From Chiloscyllium plagiosum (lineage: Eukaryota), in contig NC_057719.1 in the NCBI RefSeq assembly GCF_004010195.1, forward strand, positions 64,798,819 through 64,862,818: 64,000 nucleotides of DNA. Direction: 5' to 3'. The notes beneath the pieces were generated by a model, which worked only from the letters and a program-made list of their open reading frames with translations, was not told where the DNA came from and searched no databases. This document shows positions 13,900 through 26,849 of the stretch, one piece after another. The first letter of the stretch is position 1. Each line of letters begins with the position of its first letter. A program made the position numbers and the translations under genes.

Positions 13900-14395
13900 A
13901 ACAAAGGAAGAACAAAGAACAAAGAAAATTTATAACCCAGGGACAGGCCCTTCGGCCCTCCAAGCCTGTGCTGATCCAAATCCACTGTCTAAGCCTATCG
14001 CCTAATTCTTAAGGGTCTGTATCTCTCTGCTCCCCACCTACTCAGGCATCGTCCAGACGCACCTTAAATGAATCTACTTCTGCTGGCAACCTATTCCAGG
14101 CATTACCACCCTCTGTGTAAAGCACTGTCCGTGTGTATCCCTCTTAAATTTTTCTCCTCTCACGTTGAATGCGTGACCTCTCATTATTGAATCCCTCACT
14201 CTGGGAAAAAGCTTATCTCTATCCACTCTGTCCATACCCTTCATGATTTTGCAGACCTCAATCAGGTCCCCCCTCAATCTCTTTTTTTCTAATGAAAACA
14301 ATCCTAACCTACTCAACCTCTCTTCATAGCTAGCACAATCCATCCCAGGCAGTATCCTTGTAAACTTTCTGTGCGCTCTCTCCAAAGCGTCCAAA
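13900..14395 (-). mobile_element. CR1 3' fragment inserted into ORF1 of the older CR1
   Basis: ORF 14074..14394(-) ALERAHRKFTRILPGM...LRGDLIEV; (AGAACAA)n tail. Confidence 0.88.
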
Positions 14396-15327
14396 GTGTA
14401 GGTATGTTACCTCTCAGGTGCCAGGGTCCAGTGTGTCTCTGACTGAGTCTACAAGATTCTGAAGAGGGAGGGTGAGCAGCCATAAGTTGTGTTGCACATT
14501 GGCACCAATGACATAGCTAGGAAAAGGGTTGAGAATCTAAGAAGTGATTTCAGGGAGTTAGGTTAGAAGCTGAAAAGCAGAACGAACAGAGCAGCAATCT
14601 CAGAATTACTGCTGGTGCCACGTGCTAATGAGGTGAGGAACAGGGAGTGACTACAGGGCTAGTGCAGGAGGGAGGGGTGCAGACATAGATCATTGGGATA
14701 CCTTCTGGGGAAAGTGGCACCTGTACTTAAACTGGAGGAGCACAATGTCCTGATGGAAGATTTGCTAGAGCACTTCGGGAGAGTTTAAACTAGTTTGGTA
14801 GGGGGATGGGAATCAGAGCTACAGATCAGAGGAGAGGGTAGTTGTTGAACAGGCAGAAATAGAATGCAGAGAGTCTGTCAGGAAGGATACAGAGTTGATA
14901 GGACAAAGGGATGTGTCTTTTTCAATGCAAGGGGTGTCAGAAATAAGAATGATGAACTTGGAGTTTGAATCAGTACTTGGAACTATGATGTCATGGCCAC
15001 AATGGAGACATAGGTTTCACAGGGACAGGAATGGTTGCTGGATGTTCCAGGATTTAGATCTTTTAAAAAGAACAGGGATAAAGAGGGGAGAGAGTAACCG
15101 TGTTAATTAGAGAGTGCATCACAGCTGCAGAAAAGGAGGTTGTTGAGGAGAGTTTGTCTACTGTTCAAGTATGGGTTTAAGTCAGTAATAGGAAAGGACT
15201 AGTCATTTTATCGCGTGTTTTCTATAGACCCCCCAGTAGCAGCAGAGAGATGGAAGAACAGATTGGACAGCAGATCCTGGAAAGGTGCAGATATAACAGA
15301 ATTATTGTTATGGATGATTTCAACTTC

Positions 15328-15424
15328 TGAAAATGTGTTGCTGAAAAAGCGCAGCAGGTCAGGCAGCATCTAAGGAGCAGGAGAATCGACGTTTCGGGCA
15401 TGAGCTCTTCTTCAGGAATCTGAA
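15328..15424 (-). mobile_element. Short Penelope pLTR fragment with hammerhead core and 14-bp TSD
   Basis: Direct repeat ATGATTTCAACTTC at 15314-15327 and 15425-15438; minus strand reads CTGAAGA-A-GAGC-TCAT-GCCC-GAAACGTC. Confidence 0.85.
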
Positions 15425-17070
15425 ATGATTTCAACTTCCTCAATATTGATTGGAACCTCTCAGTGTCGATGGTCTGGATGCAGCCAATTTTGTCAGGTGT
15501 ATTCAGGAAGGATTCCTGACTCAATATGTCGGTAGGCCGTTTAGGGGGGAGGCTATACGAGCTAGGCCGGGTATCAGATCCCACGGTAGGGGAGCATTTC
15601 AGCGACAGTGACCACAGTTGACTCACTTTTACCATAGCCATGGAGAGGAATAGGAACAGACAGTATGGGAAGGAATTTAATTGGGGGAGGGGAAATTATC
15701 CTGCTATTAAACAGGAGCAGTGGAGTAAAAATTGGGAACAATTGTTCTGTGGGAAACGCAACAGAAATATGGAAGCTGTTTAAGCAGCACTTGTTGCGAG
15801 TGTTGGATAACTTCATCGCACTAAGACAGGCAAGGAATGGTAAGCTGAAGCAGCCTTGGATGACAAGAGAAGAGGAGCTTCTCATCAAGAGGAAGAAGGA
15901 AGCTTACCTACTGTTGAAGAAGCAAGGATCTGGCACGGCTATAGAGGGTTACAGGTTAGCTAGGAAAGAACTCAAAAATGGATTGAGGAAAGCCAGGAGG
16001 GGCCATGAAAAAGCCTGGAGTCTGAAGAGCTGGGAAGGCCCTCGATGAGGTTTTTGCTTTAGTATTCACTAGCAAAAGGGACCTTGTTGACAGTGAGAAC
16101 ACTGTGGACCAGGCTAATAGGCTTGAACAGATTGATATTAAGAAAGTGGATGTGTTGGAAATTCTTGGAAACGTCAAGATAGAGAAATCCCAGGGCCGGA
16201 CCAGATCTATCTAAGGTTACTATGGGAAGCGAGGAATGAGATTGCTGTGCCTCTGGCGATGATCTTTGCATCCTCACTCTCCACGGGAGTAGTACCAGAT
16301 GATTGGAGGGAGGCAAATGTTGTTCCTCTGTTCAAGGAAGGAACTAGGGAAATCCCTGGGAACTACAGACCAGTCAGTCTTATGTCTTTGGTAAGCCAGG
16401 TACTGGAAAGGATTCTGATAGATAAAATTAATGACTATTTGGAAAAGCATGGTCATCATGGCTTTGTGAGGCACAGGTCATGCCTCACAATCCTTATTGA
16501 GTTCTTTGAAGATGTGACAAGACAAGTTGATGAAGGTCGAGTAGTGGATGTGGAATATATGGATTTCAGTAAGGCATTTGATAAGGTTCCACACAGTGGG
16601 CTCATTCAAAACACTAGGAGGTATAGGATACAGGGAATTTGGCTGTCTGGATACAGAATTGGCTGGCCGAAAGAAAACAGTCAGTGGTAGTGGGTGTAAA
16701 GTAATCTACCTGGAGATTGGTGACCAGTCGTGTCCCGCAGGGATCTGTTCCTTGGCCTCTGCTCTTTGTAGTTTTATAAAAGACTTGGATGATGAAGTGG
16801 AAGTGTGGATTAGTAAGTTTGTTGATGACACAAAGTTGGTGGTGTAGATAATACTGAGGGTTGTGCAGGCTACAACATGACATTGACAGGATGCAGAGCT
16901 GCGCAGAGAAGTGGCACATGGAGTTCAATCGGGATTGATTTTAAGAGGCGCGAGATTTTGCTGCAGCTCTACAAAACTCTGGTTAGACCACACTTGGAAT
17001 GTTGTGTCCAGTTCTGGTCGTCTCATTATAGGAAAGTTGTAGATACTTTTGAGATGGTGCAGAGGAGGTT

Positions 17071-17312
17071 TAGATTAGATTAGATTAGATTAGATTAGAT
17101 TAGATTAGATTAGATTACAGTGTGGAAACAGGCCCTTCGGCCCAACAAGTCCACACCGACCCGTCGAAGCGCAACCCACCCATACCCCTGCATTTACCCC
17201 TTACCTAACACTACGGGCAATTTAGTATGGCCAATTCACCTTACCTGCACACGGAGCACCCGGAGGAAACCCACGCAGATATGGGGAGAATGTGCAAACT
17301 CCACACAGTCAG
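17071..17312 (-). mobile_element. 5'-truncated V-SINE with (TAGAT)9 tail inserted in CR1 ORF2
   Basis: V domain in reverse orientation; microsatellite 17071-17115; host frame VQRRF|TRMLPGL resumes after it. Confidence 0.88.
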
Positions 17313-19737
17313 TTTACTAGGATGCTGCCTGGTTTGGAGAGAGGTCTTATGAAGAGAGTTTGAGTGAACTTAGGCTTTACACACTGGAGAGAAGAAGGAA
17401 GAGAGGTGACTTGGTAGAGGTGGACAAGGTAATGGGAGGCATACATAGTGAGAGACTTTTTCCCAGGGCAGAAATGGTTGTCATGAGGGGTTGTAATTTT
17501 AACGTGATTGGGGGAAGATATGCGGGAGATGTCAGAGGTAGGGTCTTTATGCAGAGAGTGGTGGGTGTGTAGAATGCACTGCCAGTGGTGGTAGTAGAGT
17601 CAGAGACATTCGGGAAATTTAAGCAACCACTGGACAAACACATGGAAGGCACTAAATTGAGTGGTAGAAAGGTTCGGTTGATCTTAGATTAAGATAAATG
17701 TTCGGCACAATAATGTGGGCTGAAGGGCCTGTACTGTGTAAATAGTTTGGTTTATTCTATTTTGATATTTTTCTTTACTGTAGAAATTTTATTTTATTGT
17801 TTAAACCTGCCTGTGTTTCAATGAAAGCCCACTTTTTAAACATAGTTTTAAAAAGGCAACATCAAAATAGATGATCTATCAAGATGGATTTTAATCTAGA
17901 TCTGACTTGTAATAAAGTCAGCTGGTATCCTAACATTAGTTTGATTTAACTGATGGTAAGGGACATACCATTCAAACTGGCACAGGACTATGTACAGGAT
18001 TTAACAAATTAAATTCTAAGGACCTCTCTTTTCAACCCAGGGATAAAACCATAAAATTATGTAATGTTCAACTGATAATTTTAGGAATTCATCAACCATC
18101 AGCAACTAAACAAAACGCATCACTTTGGCAGAACTTCCCCACACCTTTATTCTGACACCACTTTTTATGTTTTGTTCTGTAATAATTTTCTGTATGAAGT
18201 TTTAAACTGTCTTTATTTTGACATTTTATTTCAATATAGTAAAGGTTTTCCTCAAGATACACCATGATCTGAAAGAATTGCATAGAATTTAACTTGTTTG
18301 GATAGTGGTCAGAAACAAGCCAACAGCCAACTCATCAGCTCAGGCCAGGTTTCTGTGTTTTCAGAAAGTGTAGAAATGAAGAGTTTGTGTCTAAAGAGGG
18401 GGCTGTTAGTCATGTAATAGCACAAGATGCCAAATGGGTGTGCTCATTGGAATTCTCTGAAAAAAATGCCACGTATAATGTTGGTCATTTATATCAGAAA
18501 TGGCATTTCTGGGAATTTTATGGTTTATTTTGGTGCGACTCAAACTGCATTACTTGGAACATTGCTTGGATTGGCTAACATCTGTGTTTTTAAACTTTTG
18601 ATACATTATCCAGCCCCTAAAGATGTGGAATATTTCCTGAATAGAAATAGTAATTTCTTTGATTATAGTGTAAAGTGTTTCCCATCAGGACTCCCTGATC
18701 AGAATAGCTTGGGACACACACACAGAGTGAAGCTCCCGTTCCATTGCTGAACAGTATATCTCCATTTAACCTCAGATCAGAATCTGCTGTTGTACCCAAT
18801 GTGACCTAGTCCAGAATTTCTTTAAAGCAGCCATCACATCAACTGTCTAAGTGAATAAATTAGTATTGAATATGAACAGCTTTATATTGTGGATTCACCC
18901 TCACTTAGGAGCTGGTTAATATTTTCTGCAGATTAAATGCAGATATAATGGATTTTTCTTGTGCTTTTGCTGTAAGGATTTTGAAGCAATGTCATTGTGC
19001 TGTGAAAAGTGAGTGCAAAGGTATGGTGATAATGGGTGAAGAACTGGAAGAAAAGAGTAGCTTAGTGGTGGCAAAAATGGAAGTATGGATATTAGAGAAC
19101 GAATTAGCTTTGCTTGGAGATATTGTTATAGGATTTAGGTCCACTGAGTGAACATTAACAGCCTTTACTGAATTTGCTGTGTAACCCTTCAGGATGGTGA
19201 GAGTAGACATCTTGGAATCCTACAGACTCAGGCTCGAGTTCTGTGGAATGTCACATTAGAATGATGTTGCATCTTTCATTTATCTCAGCAGCTACACTTG
19301 TCATTTTCTCTACATCTTCAATTTTGCTTCTTATCTTCTTTGAAAAAAGGACTGATTTTCCTCAAAAGCCCTGGTTTTCAGGAATAGTGCCAACTGAATC
19401 CAAACAGTGATGAAAAGACCTAGGTACCAACCACTCTGAGTTGGGGTCAAGCGCTCCCACCAGTCAGTCTTGCAATGCTAGCCTAAGAGCCTGTTCTGTT
19501 GTCTATGTTGAAGGATGAACGATGAATAAGGCTCACAAGAAGAGGCTTTAGTAATAGAAAGGGTACTACTTCCTTTTCTAGTATGGGAGAGGCTATACTA
19601 GATTTTGTATTGCAAATGAGCCTGACAAGTGGTTAAAGTTACAGAGGGGAAACATTTTGAGAACAGTAATCATAATTCTGTAAGTTTTAAGACAGCTATT
19701 GTTGAGGATAAGACTGGTTCTTGGATTACGGAGAGTT

Positions 19738-20412
19738 AATGAGTTTTGAGAAGATTTTTAACTCAGGTTGAGGTTCTGAATGTAGGTTTGCTCACTGAGC
19801 TGGAAGGTTCATTTTCAGACGTTTCATCACAATACTAGGTTACATCTTCAGTGAGGTCTCCAGATGAAGCACTGATGATGATTCCTGCTTTCTATTTATA
19901 TGTTTGGATTCCTTTGGGTTGGTGATGCTATTTCCTGTGTGATGTCATTTCCTGTAATTTTTCTTAAGGGGTGGTAAATCAGTTTCAAGTCAATGTGTTT
20001 GTTAATAGAGTTCCAGTTGGAATACCATGCTTCTAGGAATTCTTGTGCGTGTCTCTGTTTGGCTTGTCCTAGGGTAGATGTGTTGTCCCAGTCGAAGTGG
20101 TGTCCTTCCTCATCTGTATGTAAGGATAATGAGAGAGGGTCATGTCCTCGAGAGTTCCTGGAAGCATGGCATTCCAACCGGAACTCTATCAACAAACACA
20201 TTGACTTGGACCCGATTTACCACCCCCTGAGAAAAAAAACAGGAAATGACATCACCACAGGAAATGACATCACCAACTGAAAGAAACCCAAACATATAAA
20301 TAGAAAGCAGGAATCATCAGCAGTGTTTCATCCAGAGGCTCACTAAAGATGTTACCTAGTATGGTGACAAAACATCTGAAAATGAACCTTCCAGCTCAAC
20401 AAGCAAACCTGC
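19738..20412. mobile_element. Penelope-like element as a long inverted repeat (GIY-YIG C-terminus plus pLTR)
   Basis: Arms at about 19781-20046 and 20148-20412 are reverse complements; both encode EFLEAW.SN.NSINKHIDL; HHFDWDNTSTLGQAKQRHA in the longer arm; each arm has a hammerhead core. Confidence 0.9.
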
Positions 20413-22879
20413 AACCAATAGGGAGAATCTCAAGGCTTTTTAATATATGTTAGGAGCAAGAGGGTAGCTAGGGAATGGGTAGATCCTTTCAAGGACAATA
20501 GGGGAAATTTCTATTTGGAGAGACAGGAAATGGTTCAGATCCTTAATGTGTACTTTGCATTGGTATTCGCCAAGGTGAAGGACATGGATTTTCTTGTTAG
20601 TTGGAGTGGGGAGGTTAAAAATGACATCAAATCAGCTGTACACTCTTCCCAATGCTCTTACCAAATCTGTCTAATCTGTATACATTCTGTGCAAGCTCCT
20701 AACATCGAACAAAAAGGCCTCAGGAAGGATAATGCCTAATTTACTTTTGGTCCCTAATTGACCCTACCGTCTTTGAACTACCTTTTCAATATTTATGTTT
20801 GCATAAAAAAAATTAGCATATCATTGTCAGTCAAACCTGACGAAGCCATTAAAATGTTGTGAAGCTTTCACAAACATATGGAATAAACCCATTTCAGTTA
20901 GTTGCAGAGATTTGTCTATTAGTGCATTATGAATCTAACTTTTTGAGTCCTCTGCTTGATAAGTACAAGATTATACAATTACCATAATACAATTCAAGTC
21001 ACAAATTGTTATAGATAATATTAGCATAATTTTCTAATGAAGTCATGTTAGATAGCACACACCAGTTTGGCACTGTGCAGTTTAAGAAGTTCACTGAAAA
21101 AAATGGATTCTATTGTTGTTCTCAAGCAAATAGAACTTCAGAAAAGACATTTTCCTTGCCAAAAGACATTTGCAGAACACTGGAAATTTGTATCTAATTT
21201 TGCTGCATTACCTGACACAGGACTGATGATTCAATTGCAATTATATGACCAGGCAAAAACATTCCTGCCTCTGGTATCCAAACTACTGAAGCTGAGGCTA
21301 GCTAATGACACCAAAGACAAAATATTAGTCAAAAACAGAAAAGGTATTTGACAGGCTGTCTCATAACGCAACTTCATTGAAGCAAGAAAATTCTGCAAAT
21401 TGCAAAACAGATAAAATGAAAACACAGCTATATGAAGACATTTACTACCAAGGATATACTTATAAAACTGTTAGAAAGATGCCTGTGAAACACTCATGAT
21501 ATTGTTGCTGTTGACCATACTTTTACTCTTTCATTTACTGTGTCCCTGACAGCATGGTATACTGCAACCTTAAATGCTTCCATGGAAGCATCAAGTCATA
21601 CAGTTAGCATTGTTTCCATTGTCACAACTTTCCTTTGGTAAAAGCAAACTCCATTATTACATACCTTTTAATATATAGCGAAGTGTTGGTACAACCAAGT
21701 TTGCAGAGTTTCTTTTACAAGCTTAGCCTGACTGGCACCCGTCTTTCTATTTCAGATGGTATTCTACTTCAGAAATGTGTTATTCAAGGGTGGTATGGGT
21801 GGGGTTCAGAGACCACTTGAACAATTTGCATGAAGACATGTGACAAGCTAGTTGCCCACAAATGAAAACAAAACACAAATGTTACCTTTAAAGTTAACTT
21901 TAAAGAAAATGCTTATTTCAAAATTAATTTCCTGGACGCCATTTGGAATTGATATTCTATATGCCGAAATATGAGCAAATGTGGTGTGGAATGATCCATC
22001 TCTTCATGCAAAGTTTTGAAGGCTGCTTTTGATGCAATCCACCATCTTCTGAAAACAATGCCTGTTCTGTATTGTACTTGCATACTAACTGAACACTTGA
22101 GATCTCCTGATGGGAGCAAACATGCTGCAGCAATTACACTCCAGGGTTTTCTTTTATAGTGCTTATTATACCTCTGAAACAATATTCCAGAAAGCAAAAT
22201 ACCAACTTGAGTGTTTATTTGGACCTGCCATTGCCAGGGCTGTGGACGCATTTAACTCCAGCTCACTTTCTGCTACCAGCTCTCTGACTAATAGATGACC
22301 TGACCCAGTGGAAAGTCAGGCCTTTTGATTTTTCAAACACCAGATTCTAATAAAAGATTGATCAGTACATGGACCTGTAGCCTTACAGAGCAGCTAACTG
22401 GCCATGCAAACTTCTGAACGATTGCCAATTATAATTAATTGTTAATATCACAGTTAAATGAGCCAGCCTTCGTTGTTCATTTAGCCTTTTCTCAGTAATA
22501 AATTTGTTTATATATGCACCTTGTGCTAGGTAATTATAGATTTCACCTATGCATGACTCTTAAGTTTTTAAAGAAAGTGAATGTGATTAGGCTACATAAT
22601 CAAGTAGGATATCTGCATCAACTAGTACTATAGATCTCATTGTGAAAGTGTCAGGCCTGTTCTTGAAGAAATGGCCATAAGTTAACTACAATCACAGATG
22701 ATGTCCTCTGAAGTGTGGCTCTTCAAGTCCCCCTCAACATTCCAGCATCCTTTGGTTATTAATTGACCACCTAAAGAACCAATTACACTCAAGGATAGAC
22801 AGGCCACTGGTCACCTACCCAGAGCCCCTTAGGGTTTCAGACAGTTCGGAGTCGGGCAGGAGACAGTGGTGGGAAGACA

Positions 22880-23465
22880 AATGCGATGTTAGCATTCATT
22901 TTGAGAGGGCTAGAATACAATAGCTGGGCTGAACTGCTGAGGCTGTATAATGCTCAGCTCAGATCACATTTGGAATATTGTGAGCAGTTTTGGACCTCTC
23001 ATCTAAGGAGGAATGTGCTGGCCTGGAAGGAGTTCAGAGGAGGTTTACAAGAATGATACTGGGAATAAAGGGCTTGTCGTGAGAGTGAATAAAGGCTTTG
23101 CATTGGCGGTTGATGGCATTTAGAAAGATGAAGAGGGACCTCAATGAAACTTAGAGAATAGTGAAAGGCCCAGATAGAGTTGATGATGAGAAGATGTTTC
23201 CACTCGTAGCAGAGTCTAGAACCTGAGGATACAGCCTCAGAGTGAAGGGACTGAGATAAGGAGGAATTTCTCCAGTGAGAGGGTGGTGAATACATTGCTG
23301 TAGAGGACCGTGAGTGTATTTAAGACAGAAATGGATATATCCTTGATTAGCAAGGGATCAAGGATTATAGCAAGAAGGCAGGAGAATAGAGTTGAGAAAC
23401 ATATCAGCCATAATCGAATTATGGAACAGATTTGATGAGTTGAATGGCCTATATCTTATGATCTT
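22880..23465 (+). mobile_element. Older CR1 3' fragment
   Basis: HLEYCEQFW and RRFTRMI remnants; 3' UTR ending CTTATGATCTT. Confidence 0.85.
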
Positions 23466-23496
23466 CTGAGAGGAATATCACTGGCTGGATTTTAAA

Positions 23497-24117
23497 TACA
23501 TCCCTGCCTTATTGGTCAGAGTATTGAGTACAGGTTTGGGAGGTCATGTTGCGGCTGTACAGGACATTGGTTAGGTCACTGTTGGAATATTGCGTGCAAT
23601 TCTGGTCTCCTTCCTATCAGAAAGATGTTGTGTAGCTTGAAAGGGTTCAGAAAAGATTTACAAGGATGTTGCCAGGATTGGAGGATCTGAGCTACAGGGA
23701 GAGGCTGAACAAGCTGGGGCTGTTTTCCCTGTACCGTCGGAGGCTGAGGGGTGACCTTATAGAGGTTTACAAAATTATGAGGGGCATGGATAAGATAAAT
23801 AGACATTTGGGGTTGGGGAGTCCAGAACTAGGGGGCATAGATTTAGAGTGAGAGGGGAAAGATATAAAAGAGACCTAAGGGGCAACGTTTTCACGCAGAG
23901 GGTGGTACGTGTATGGAATGAGGTACCAGAGGATGTGGTGGAGGCTGGTACAATTGCAACATTTAAGAGGCATTTGGATGGGTATATGAATAGGAAGGGT
24001 TTGGAGGGATATGGGCTGGGTGCTGGCAGGTGGGACTAGATTGGGTTGGGATATCTGGTCGACATGGACGGGTTGGACCGAAGGGTCTGTTTCCGTGCTA
24101 TACATCTCTATGACTCT
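23497..24117 (+). mobile_element. Young CR1 3' fragment
   Basis: ORFs 23666..23851 and 23848..24039 (LRGDLIEVYKIMRG; QRVVRVWNEVPEDVVEAG); close to the reverse complement of 59934-60550. Confidence 0.95.
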
Positions 24118-25690
24118 AAATTCCAATGTCTATGATTCAGTACATGCTGGACAACTATAGGCTGTCACATTATTTTGTTGTTGTCAGTTTTAGTAGATGT
24201 TTTATTCTTTTTTCAAAAAAAATGTGATTTCCAGCACTCTGTTCATTTTATTTTGGTTAGGTCATTCATAATTATTCTGGCAATTGAAATGCCTTTTCCA
24301 TGGTAGAAACTTATGTAAGGACATCATGTAGATATTGTACCTTTTAAGTATAGTTATAGTCCCTGTGGGTGGATTGAATTCTTCTGCCAGGCTGCAGACT
24401 GTCTGTATTCAGCCGTAGTAAGTGTGCTTCTCAACTCATCATCTTTTAACCTGTGATGAATTTAACAGTAGGATGTAATCTGTTATGCTGTAGAGTCAGC
24501 ATACCATTTATAGGCTTTAAAGGCTAAACAATTTCTTAAAAAGCAAATTGAAGTAACAAAAGCCTCTAAAGAAAATATTTATTTTTAGTAGTTTGAGCAA
24601 ATGTGACTTTTAAATTATAGTTTTTAAATGTCTGTGGAGTAGTGTGAAAGTCTGGCCACAGTTTCACATAAGTTATTTATTTTTAATTAGTTGTTCTTAA
24701 GATGTGGAGTATAATGGCAAGGCTGCTTTTATGCTTATCCTTATCTGTTCTGAAAGGGGCCACTCCATGAACCATTTGTGTTGACAGTGCTCCCAGACTG
24801 ATGATAGCTAGAGGTTGTAGGATAATGCAAGATTCCAATAAATGCACAAAGCAGTCTGGTGTGTGAGTCAGGGAAGAGCTGGGAGGTGATGCTGCTCCCA
24901 TGACATAGCTGTTGTTGTCCTTGGTGTCACAAGGGATGCTGATGCTGTCAAAGTGATCTGTGTAAAAGTTGCTACACTGCATCCTGCAGAGCATGTCCTG
25001 CAACCATCATGAACCAGCAATGAATATTCTGTCATTGTGAAGGGAGATGAATTGACTGAACCGCTCTGTCCTGGATATTGTTGTCCTGATGAATAGTGAA
25101 TTGATCACCAGACCTATATAGATGTTGGAGAGGCTTTAAGGTGTCAGATAAGCCATTCTTGCAAAGGCTATCACATTATCTCATGAATGTCCAGCCTTGC
25201 TCTGCTAGATTAATCCTTATCTCATTTCATTTAGTTTGGTGTTAATACTGTTCTACACAGTGAAGGAGTTATTAGAGATGATAATTTATCTTTACAAGTG
25301 CTGAACTGTTGTCACAGCTGTAAGTCACAATTATGTCTGATAGGTTGGTTGATGTGAGATTAAGCAGGTTACTTCCCCATTCTAATTTTATTACTGTTAG
25401 TGTAATTCCACTCTGGCTTGGCCAGTTCTTAGCCCATGTTGGGGCTACTGGGCCAGCTTGATGGAGAACATTCGTCAAGGGTTTCCCTGTGATCTCCTTT
25501 TAAGTATTGTTCCATATGGATTTGTAATCAATTGTCAGTTGTGGGACAAAGTGATCAGTGTGACGTTCCCTTGATTTCATTTCATTTGTAGTAATGAGAC
25601 TTCAGGGACTCTGAAGGTGCCTAAAATTGTTCTTACTCATCTGTATATAACTATGCCCTGGCTTTGGCTCATCTGTCTTGTTGGTAGGTT

Positions 25691-25755
25691 AGACAATAGA
25701 CAATAGACAATAGGTGCAGGAGTAGGCCATTCAGCCGTTTCGAGCCTGCACCGTA
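25691..25755 (-). mobile_element. Very short CR1-type 3' terminal stub
   Basis: (TAGACAA)3 tail followed by TAGGTGCAGGAGTAGGCCATTCAGCC, the reverse of a CR1 3' UTR end. Confidence 0.65.
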
Positions 25756-26100
25756 TTGACATTGTTGAAAGTGCTTCAGTTTAAACCCTGGAATCTGTTT
25801 GCATCTTCAGATAATTGCATGACAATAAGCAGTGAACTAGAAACTCAAAACTACTAGGCATTGGAACTGATACCTCTACAACATTTGAATGTACCTTGGA
25901 ATGTCAGTCTTATTCATTCTAATTTTAGAAATTTCTTTTAGGATAATTTTAGAAGTAGAGAAAAAAGAAGATAAGAATACATATGACCAGATGAAATAAT
26001 GACTTTGTAACACAGAACTTAAAAAGTGCTAAACGAGGTTTGTTCTTTTTAAATTTCATGACTGAATTGTGTGAGTCCTTTTACAAGTGAAGGATGATAA

Positions 26101-26849
<749 letters not shown>

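Larger units (their letters stand above)
13330..17740 (+). mobile_element. Near full-length decayed CR1 LINE (ORF1 esterase type, ORF2 EN plus RT) hosting three younger insertions
   Basis: ORF1 remnants: SSCRMW Zn-finger region, VVGDSIV and VLHIGTNDI (SGNH esterase); ORF2 FNARGVRNK, PDDWREANVVPLFK, NYRPVSL, DFSKAFDKVPH; many stops and frameshifts. Confidence 0.9.

Noticed and set aside
18387..18750. Trp-rich short ORFs after an acceptor-like site
   Set aside because: No recognisable domain, no donor before the stop, composition like background
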